From assembly GCF_000195955.2 (NCBI RefSeq), contig NC_000962.3, forward strand, positions 4,350,001 to 4,382,000: a stretch of DNA of 32,000 nt. The letters run 5' to 3'. The notes below the pieces were generated by a model. The model was not told the origin of the DNA. It made no database searches and saw only the letters and a program-made list of their open reading frames with translations. The position numbers and the translations under genes are program-made. Origin of the DNA: Mycobacterium tuberculosis H37Rv. GTDB taxonomy: Bacteria > Actinomycetota > Actinomycetes > Mycobacteriales > Mycobacteriaceae. This document shows positions 26,262 to 32,000 of this stretch, piece by piece; within the stretch, counting starts at the first letter, position 1, and the number at the start of each line of letters is the position of its first letter.

Positions 26262-29200
26262 CTACTGCTCGCCGGGCACCGACGGATACCCCACCAAAAT
26301 CCCCTCGACGTCGCCGTCGGCACCGACCAACAGACCTCGTCCAGGCGGCAACGTTTGGGCTCGCACCGATCGATTGATTCGGTTTTGCGGATCGTTATCC
26401 ATATACAACTGGGCCACTTTCGCCGAGGTCTGGGATTTCACCCAGGGGTCCATCGGCATCGTGGCCCAGTTCGCGCTGTTGCGCGTGCTGAATACGTGCA
26501 AACCGACCTGGCGGGCGCGTTCCATCAACTTCCACAGCGCCGCACCCACCGGCGGCTTCTGTGGGTAGCTCTGAGCCGGCCGCAGGTCCTGCACGTCGTC
26601 GATGAGCACAAAGTGCCGCGGTCCTTCCCACGGCTTGAGTGCGCGCAACTCCTCCTGGCTCAAACCCTTGGGCGGCAACCGCGGCAGCAAGATCTGCTGG
26701 GCCAACTCGGTGATCACCTCGTCGATTTCATCTTGGTCGTAGGCATACGCGCGCACATACCCAGGGGCGTGCAGATCTCGCAGACCGTGCGGAGCCGTTT
26801 TAGGGTCGATCAGCGTGAGCTGCGCCTGCTGCGGGCTGAACCGGTTCATCACCGCCTCGCCGATGGCCACCAGCGCCGTGGTCTTGCCGCAGCCTTGCCG
26901 ACCTAAGATCATCAACCCTGGGCTCTCGCGCAGCTTGATCGGCACCGGACCCAGCTCGTGGCGCTCTCCGATCGCAAACGCGATCGACAGATCGTCACCG
27001 CCCTGGTGGACGGCCTCGTGCTCGACAATCGCGGACAGTTCCACCCGCTGTGGCAGCCGCTGCAGACTTGCGTGCTTGGTCACCCCGGCCACGTCGGCGA
27101 TTCGCGCCCCGACATCGGTGATGCCCACCAGCTCGCCGGTACCGGGGTCGGCCAGGGCCGGAACACCGATTCGCAGCTCGTGCAGGCTTTCCGTCAAACC
27201 AAATCCTGGGCGGTTCAACGTCCGCCGCGCCGCCTCCCGCGATTCGATCGACAAATGCCCCATCTGGCTCTCACCGGGATCGGCCAGCCGCAACTGAATT
27301 CGCGCCGTGACATTCTGCAGCAGGCTCTGCCGCTGCCCATGAATCCAGCCGCCGGCACTGCACATCAGGTGCACCCCGTATTCGGGACCGCGGCTGCTCA
27401 ACGAGATGATGCGGTCCCCCAACAGGGTGTCCTTGGCGTACAGGTCGTCGTAGTCGTCGAGCACCACAAAGACATCGCCGAACGCGTCGGTGGGATCGGT
27501 GCCACCCACCCCGTCGCCGCCGATCCCGAACCGGCGCTCGCGGAACCCGTCCATGTCGATCTTGGCTCGCCGAAACGCCTCTTCCCGCGCATCGATCAGC
27601 GCATCCATGGTGCTCAAGATGCGTTCGATGCCCTCGGCATCCTTGGGCGACACGATATCGGTAACGTGTGGAAGCGACCCAATCTGGGCCATGGTCGCCC
27701 CGCCGATGCAAAAGAACGTCACTCGCTCCGGGGTGTACATCGTTGCCGCCGAACACATCAGCGCCATCAAGGTTGTGGTCTTGCCGCGCTGCTTGGCGCC
27801 CACCACGATGATGTTGCTGCGTAGCGCGTCGACGGCGTGTACCACTTGCTGGGATTCTTCGGGGATGTCCATCACTCCCACCGGGAACATCAGTCCCGGG
27901 TTTTGACCGTAGTCGACATGCCAGGGTTTGCCACGATACGCAGCCACCAGCCTATCGACCGGCTCGGGGTCTTCCAGCGGCGCCAACCACGGCCGGCGCG
28001 GCGATCGGTGCGGCACGTTGTATAGCGACTCCCGCAGCACGTCGACGATCTTCTTCTTCTTGAAACCGTCGTCGTAATAGAGGAATTCGTCGGGTTCCGC
28101 ATCGGCGGCCGCGGCGGTCGCCAATGCCTCGGCGTCGGCGGCATCCAGCGGTTGGTACTGCCAGTCGTACAGCCGGGGTTGGGTCAACGTCATGTCGATG
28201 GTTCGGGCCACCTCTTTCTTCTTCGGCACCACAAACGGCGCAGAGAGGTAAAAGCAGCGGAACGGTTCCAGATCCCGCGGCCCCACCTTGAGCAGCGCGA
28301 AACCGTTCTCCTTCGACGGCAGATGGTAGGCGGCGTCGCTGCCGATCACTTCGCGGCTGTCATCACCGGATTCAGCGCGCAGCGCAATCCGAAACGCGAT
28401 GTTGGACTTGACCTTTTGCAGCGACGACAGGTCCAGCCGTTGACCGCCTAGCATGAAGAAGACGTTGGCGCCGCGACCCTCCTGACCGATGTGGATGATC
28501 AGATCAATCCACTTTTTGTGGTTGGCGAACAGCTCCAGGTATTCGTCGACGATCACCAGCAGCACCGGCACCGGCGGCAGATCGCGTCCGGCGAGGCGAA
28601 TCTCTTCGTAGTCGTTGGCGTCGCGCGCACCTACCGATTTGAACAGTTCGTAGCGCTGTTTGATCTCGCCGTCGATAACTCTGCGCATCCGCTCGGCCAG
28701 ATGCCGCTCGTCTTTGCCGAGGTTGGATAGCGCGGCCACCACGTGCGGGATGCCCAGGATGTCCTGGGCAGCCGATTCGAATTTCATGTCGACGAAGATG
28801 ACGTTGAATGTTTCCGGTGAGTGCGTCAGCGCGATCCCATAGACCAACGACAAGAAGAGCTCCGACTTGCCCGAGCCGCTGGTTCCGATGACCACTGAGT
28901 GAAACCCGAAGCCGCCAAAGTCCTTGGCGCGCAGGATGATGTTCTGCAGCTCGCCGTTCGGTTTGGCGCCCACCGGAATCTCACACCACCGATCGTCGCC
29001 GCGACCGCGCCGCTCGGCCCACAACCGATCGACATCCAATTCCCGGGGGTCGCTAATGCCGAGCGAACGCAGCAGCTCGGCCGCGCCGCTGGTGGAATCG
29101 GTGACCTCGCTGCGACTGGTCGGTGACCACCGCGCCATCGCCCGCGCATATCGGTAGGCCCGGTGGATGGACAGCTGGTCGGCATGCGCGAAGAACGTGC

Positions 29201-30452
29201 CGCGCGCCCGCAACAGCGGCGCCGGGCGCTGGTCGTCATCGGCGTCTGCGCCATCGCGACCGGCCTTGACCGCGGTTGCCGCCCCATGTCGTTGGGCCAT
29301 CTCGAAGACCTGGTCCTCGGCGAACCCCACACCGGTGCCCACCCGGGACGCGATGCGCAGCACCGTAAGCCCGGCCTTGCCGACCTGCCCGACCACGCTC
29401 TCCCACGCATCCGGGCTGCCGGTGTTGTCGTCGACGATCACCAGGTGCGGCCCCAAATCCACGCCGACCTGCCCGGTTTCCAGCGCCGAGCCCATCGCGG
29501 TTGGGCTGGCCACCGTCGGCGGGGTCCATGCGCCTCGCTTGCCCTTCATATGCAGCTCGGCTCCCAGCGCCGCCTCCAGTTCCTCGGGTGTGGCAAAGAT
29601 CAGCCGCCGCCAGCCGCAGGCATCGAACAGCTCGTCGTGCAGGTTGTGGGGGAGCCACACCATCCACGCCCACACCTCGCGGTTGCGCGTCACCACCATC
29701 AGCTTGACGTCACGCGGGTTGTGAAACACCGCCAGCGAGCACAACACCGACCGCATCAGCGACCGCACCCGGTCCAGGTCCTCGCTCACGAAGCTGAAGC
29801 CTGGTGCCGACCGTAGGTTCACCACCTTGGCGATATCGCGAATCTTGCGCTGCTCCAAGATGAAATCGCGCAGCGCCTGCCCGGTCACGGGCTCTAGCTC
29901 CTCATCGGAGGAAATGTCCGGCCAGGTCACCGACAACACCGAATCTGGTGCGTGCTGCACACCCGTGCCCACCCGCACCTCTAAGAAGTCGACGTCGCCG
30001 CGGCCACGCTCCCACATCCGCGGACCGCCAATGATGGCGCCCAGTCCGGGTGGGTCCGAATGCACGGCGTTCTGCCATTCACGTTGCGCACACACCGCCG
30101 TCTGGATTTCGTCGCGGTTGGTGTCCAGGTCACGAAGATATCGACGACGCCCCTTCTCCAACTCACCCCAGGTGATCTTGCGGGCTCGACCGAATCGTCC
30201 GGAGAACGCCAGCATGCTGAACGCGCCGATGCCCATCAGCGGGAAGAACCCCGTGGCCAAGCTGCGCACGCCCGACACGTACAGCATGACGATGGTGCCG
30301 ATCAGCGCCACGATCAACGCGGGAACGCCGATCATCACCCAGATGTTGCGCGGCTCGCGCTCCGGCAGAGCTATCGGCGGATTCGGAGCCACCCGAACGG
30401 GTTTCGGCGGGTCGATGTTGACGCGGTTGATGGGAAACGCTTTCTTGGACAT
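26262..30452 (-). CDS. eccC2: EccC2 (Rv3894c), ESX-2 FtsK/SpoIIIE-type motor ATPase, single polypeptide, 1396 aa
   Basis: The ATG at 30452 directly abuts the eccB2 TAG (30453-30455). It has two N-terminal TM helices and three P-loops: VVIGTSGSGKSELF, VVGAKQRGKTTTLM and ILGRQGCGKTTALV. Confidence 0.96.
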   Translation of the reverse strand: MSKKAFPINRVNIDPPKPVRVAPNPPIALPEREPRNIWVMIGVPALIVALIGTIVMLYVSGVRSLATGFFPLMGIGAFSMLAFSGRFGRARKITWGELEKGRRRYLRDLDTNRDEIQTAVCAQREWQNAVHSDPPGLGAIIGGPRMWERGRGDVDFLEVRVGTGVQHAPDSVLSVTWPDISSDEELEPVTGQALRDFILEQRKIRDIAKVVNLRSAPGFSFVSEDLDRVRSLMRSVLCSLAVFHNPRDVKLMVVTRNREVWAWMVWLPHNLHDELFDACGWRRLIFATPEELEAALGAELHMKGKRGAWTPPTVASPTAMGSALETGQVGVDLGPHLVIVDDNTGSPDAWESVVGQVGKAGLTVLRIASRVGTGVGFAEDQVFEMAQRHGAATAVKAGRDGADADDDQRPAPLLRARGTFFAHADQLSIHRAYRYARAMARWSPTSRSEVTDSTSGAAELLRSLGISDPRELDVDRLWAERRGRGDDRWCEIPVGAKPNGELQNIILRAKDFGGFGFHSVVIGTSGSGKSELFLSLVYGIALTHSPETFNVIFVDMKFESAAQDILGIPHVVAALSNLGKDERHLAERMRRVIDGEIKQRYELFKSVGARDANDYEEIRLAGRDLPPVPVLLVIVDEYLELFANHKKWIDLIIHIGQEGRGANVFFMLGGQRLDLSSLQKVKSNIAFRIALRAESGDDSREVIGSDAAYHLPSKENGFALLKVGPRDLEPFRCFYLSAPFVVPKKKEVARTIDMTLTQPRLYDWQYQPLDAADAEALATAAAADAEPDEFLYYDDGFKKKKIVDVLRESLYNVPHRSPRRPWLAPLEDPEPVDRLVAAYRGKPWHVDYGQNPGLMFPVGVMDIPEESQQVVHAVDALRSNIIVVGAKQRGKTTTLMALMCSAATMYTPERVTFFCIGGATMAQIGSLPHVTDIVSPKDAEGIERILSTMDALIDAREEAFRRAKIDMDGFRERRFGIGGDGVGGTDPTDAFGDVFVVLDDYDDLYAKDTLLGDRIISLSSRGPEYGVHLMCSAGGWIHGQRQSLLQNVTARIQLRLADPGESQMGHLSIESREAARRTLNRPGFGLTESLHELRIGVPALADPGTGELVGITDVGARIADVAGVTKHASLQRLPQRVELSAIVEHEAVHQGGDDLSIAFAIGERHELGPVPIKLRESPGLMILGRQGCGKTTALVAIGEAVMNRFSPQQAQLTLIDPKTAPHGLRDLHAPGYVRAYAYDQDEIDEVITELAQQILLPRLPPKGLSQEELRALKPWEGPRHFVLIDDVQDLRPAQSYPQKPPVGAALWKLMERARQVGLHVFSTRNSANWATMPMDPWVKSQTSAKVAQLYMDNDPQNRINRSVRAQTLPPGRGLLVGADGDVEGILVGYPSVPGEQ

Positions 30453-31940
30453 CTAGGCGCCCGCCTTCGCCGTTGTCGTCACAATGGCCACCTGGCCGAG
30501 GGTGGGCACAGTATCGCGAGCCAAGAGTGCCGCATCCCGCGACAGAGCCGGTCCCGCAGCAAAAGTCCGCAGCAACGGCCACGGCGCCTGCACGGCCGCA
30601 CCCGGATCCAGGCCCAGCGCCCGCAGCGTCGCCTCGTCGTTGGCGATCCCGAATCGCACCCCATTGCCGGACACCCAGAACAACGATTCGCGCGACTCGG
30701 CGGTGATCACACCGCTGGTCGATGTCACGAAGTTGGCCGCGCCGGGCAACACCAGCACCTGGGTGGCCACCACCGACGCCGGGGCGCGGTCATCGCGTAC
30801 CAGCCGCACGATCCGGCTGTCCATCGACGGGGGCACCGGAAGCCCCCGCCCGTTGTAGACCGCGACCCGGGCCTGTGGATCCGTCGACGCCTTCTCCCAC
30901 GACACGCAGGTGGTCGGATCCGCCGCGGTGTCAACGAAATTCAGCCGCCCGGCCGGGTAGTACTCCACCGGCAGCGAGGTCACCTGCGGTGTGTGGACCA
31001 GCACATCGGGGGTCACCACCCGCGGCGCCGCCGCCCCGTAGGAGTTCGCGCTGCGCAGCAGATCGGCCACGAAGCTGCTGATCTTTTGCACCCCGTCGGG
31101 CAGCAGCACATAGAACTGGCTGCCCCCGCCGGCGGTTTGGGCCTGCAACACCGATCCCACCCGAGCGCCCGGCACCCACGTCGACGGGGTGCCCGCCTCG
31201 GGCACCGCTGGCACCCGCAGCGGCTCGGTCGCGGGCAGCCCGTCGAAGAGCGCCCGTGAGATCTGTATTGGTGATGTCACGCCGGGGTCGAGCCCCAAGC
31301 TCAAGGTGACCGCCCTGTTGGTCGGATCGATCTGTGAGCGTTTGCCACCCCAGATCACGTAGGTGCTGCCGTCGAAAGTCACCAGCAGCCCGGCGTCGTC
31401 GCGCAGGTGTGTGGCGCGGCCACCGCCGGTGATCGGGCCCGCGATCGAGGTGACCACCGGCTTGTCCGCGCTGCGCGGGCGTCCCGCCGTGTCGCACACC
31501 GCCCACGCCGAGACCGCGCCCCGGTTCACCGGCATGGCCGCGGGTGCGCCCGGGATGCCGACCAGCGGCCCGGTCGGATACTTGGCGATCTCGGCGGGCT
31601 TGACCCATGTCGGCTGCCCCGCCGTGCCGGTGGCCAGCCGCGCGGACGTCAAGTTCAGCGCCGGATACAACCGGCCGTCGATGCGCGCGTAGAGTGCCCC
31701 GGAGTCGCGGTCCCCGATGATCGCCGAGTCACCCACAATGCCGGTGGGCTTGAGCACGTTGAGCAGCATCATCCATCCGGCGGCAATGGCCACCAACACC
31801 ATCGACAACGCCAGCGCGGCGGTCTGCTTGCGGTCGTCGTGTTTCATGCGCACCGAGAACCGGGTGGTCGCCGCCCGCAGCCGCCGGTTGTAGAACAGAT
31901 GACCGGAATTTTGGTCGCGGTTGGACAAACTCAGCGGCAT
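30453..31940 (-). CDS. eccB2: EccB2 (Rv3895c), ESX-2 membrane core component, 495 aa
   Basis: ATG at 31940 (MPLSLSNRDQNSGHLFYNRRLRAATTRF...). The track start at 31946 is a TTG two codons upstream. A single TM helix TAALALSMVLVAIAAGWMMLLNV precedes a large periplasmic-type repeat domain. This is the first gene of the ESX-2 run. Confidence 0.94.
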   Translation of the reverse strand: MPLSLSNRDQNSGHLFYNRRLRAATTRFSVRMKHDDRKQTAALALSMVLVAIAAGWMMLLNVLKPTGIVGDSAIIGDRDSGALYARIDGRLYPALNLTSARLATGTAGQPTWVKPAEIAKYPTGPLVGIPGAPAAMPVNRGAVSAWAVCDTAGRPRSADKPVVTSIAGPITGGGRATHLRDDAGLLVTFDGSTYVIWGGKRSQIDPTNRAVTLSLGLDPGVTSPIQISRALFDGLPATEPLRVPAVPEAGTPSTWVPGARVGSVLQAQTAGGGSQFYVLLPDGVQKISSFVADLLRSANSYGAAAPRVVTPDVLVHTPQVTSLPVEYYPAGRLNFVDTAADPTTCVSWEKASTDPQARVAVYNGRGLPVPPSMDSRIVRLVRDDRAPASVVATQVLVLPGAANFVTSTSGVITAESRESLFWVSGNGVRFGIANDEATLRALGLDPGAAVQAPWPLLRTFAAGPALSRDAALLARDTVPTLGQVAIVTTTAKAGA

Positions 31941-32000
31941 TCTCAATACCCCCTGGGGCTGCGGCGAGGATCGGCCTGCTGGATCAGATCGGCCAGATTC

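Noticed and set aside
30060-31259. 399-aa plus-strand ORF antisense to the eccC2/eccB2 junction
   Set aside because: It spans two genuine minus-strand genes. Its translation is His/Arg/Pro/Gly-rich with no domain-like features.

Overview
High-GC (about 65%) mycobacterial DNA. Protein by protein, I recognise it as the Mycobacterium tuberculosis complex chromosome (H37Rv-like). It covers the distal half of the ESX-1 type VII secretion locus, which is the RD1 virulence region. The plus strand carries the eccCb1 3' end, PE35, PPE68, esxB/CFP-10, esxA/ESAT-6, espI, eccD1 and espJ. The minus strand carries espK, espL, espB, eccE1 and mycP1. This is followed directly by the complete ESX-2 locus on the minus strand: eccB2, eccC2, PE36, PPE69, esxD, esxC, espG2, Rv3888c, eccD2, mycP2, eccE2 and eccA2. 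That gives 25 CDS (one partial) at about 93% coding density. I found no tRNA, rRNA, CRISPR array, IS element or transposase. Where the ORF track gives longer N-termini, I chose starts from Shine-Dalgarno spacing, stop/start overlaps and my memory of the annotated protein lengths. This is not a previously undescribed system: ESX-1 is among the best-studied secretion systems in bacteriology. The least characterised part is ESX-2, whose function and substrates are unknown. The most interesting sequence-level leads are all in ESX-2 or in spacers. (1) The ESX-2 substrate set lacks canonical secretion motifs: EsxC has no Trp, with FAG in place of WXG. EsxD has no C-terminal YxxxD/E, and PE36 is a 77-aa stub. 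(2) Rv3888c is an EspI-type ParA/MinD-like protein whose P-loop lysine is replaced (KGGVGVTT versus KGGAGKTT in EspI). (3) MycP2 has a proline-rich insertion of about 93 aa after the catalytic His, which is absent from MycP1. (4) Strong hairpins follow each esx gene pair. (5) A 10-bp-periodic tandem repeat sits at the mycP1 5' end. (6) Two unannotated ORF candidates lie in the largest spacers. All structural and regulatory calls below are read by eye from the sequence and need experimental or computational confirmation.
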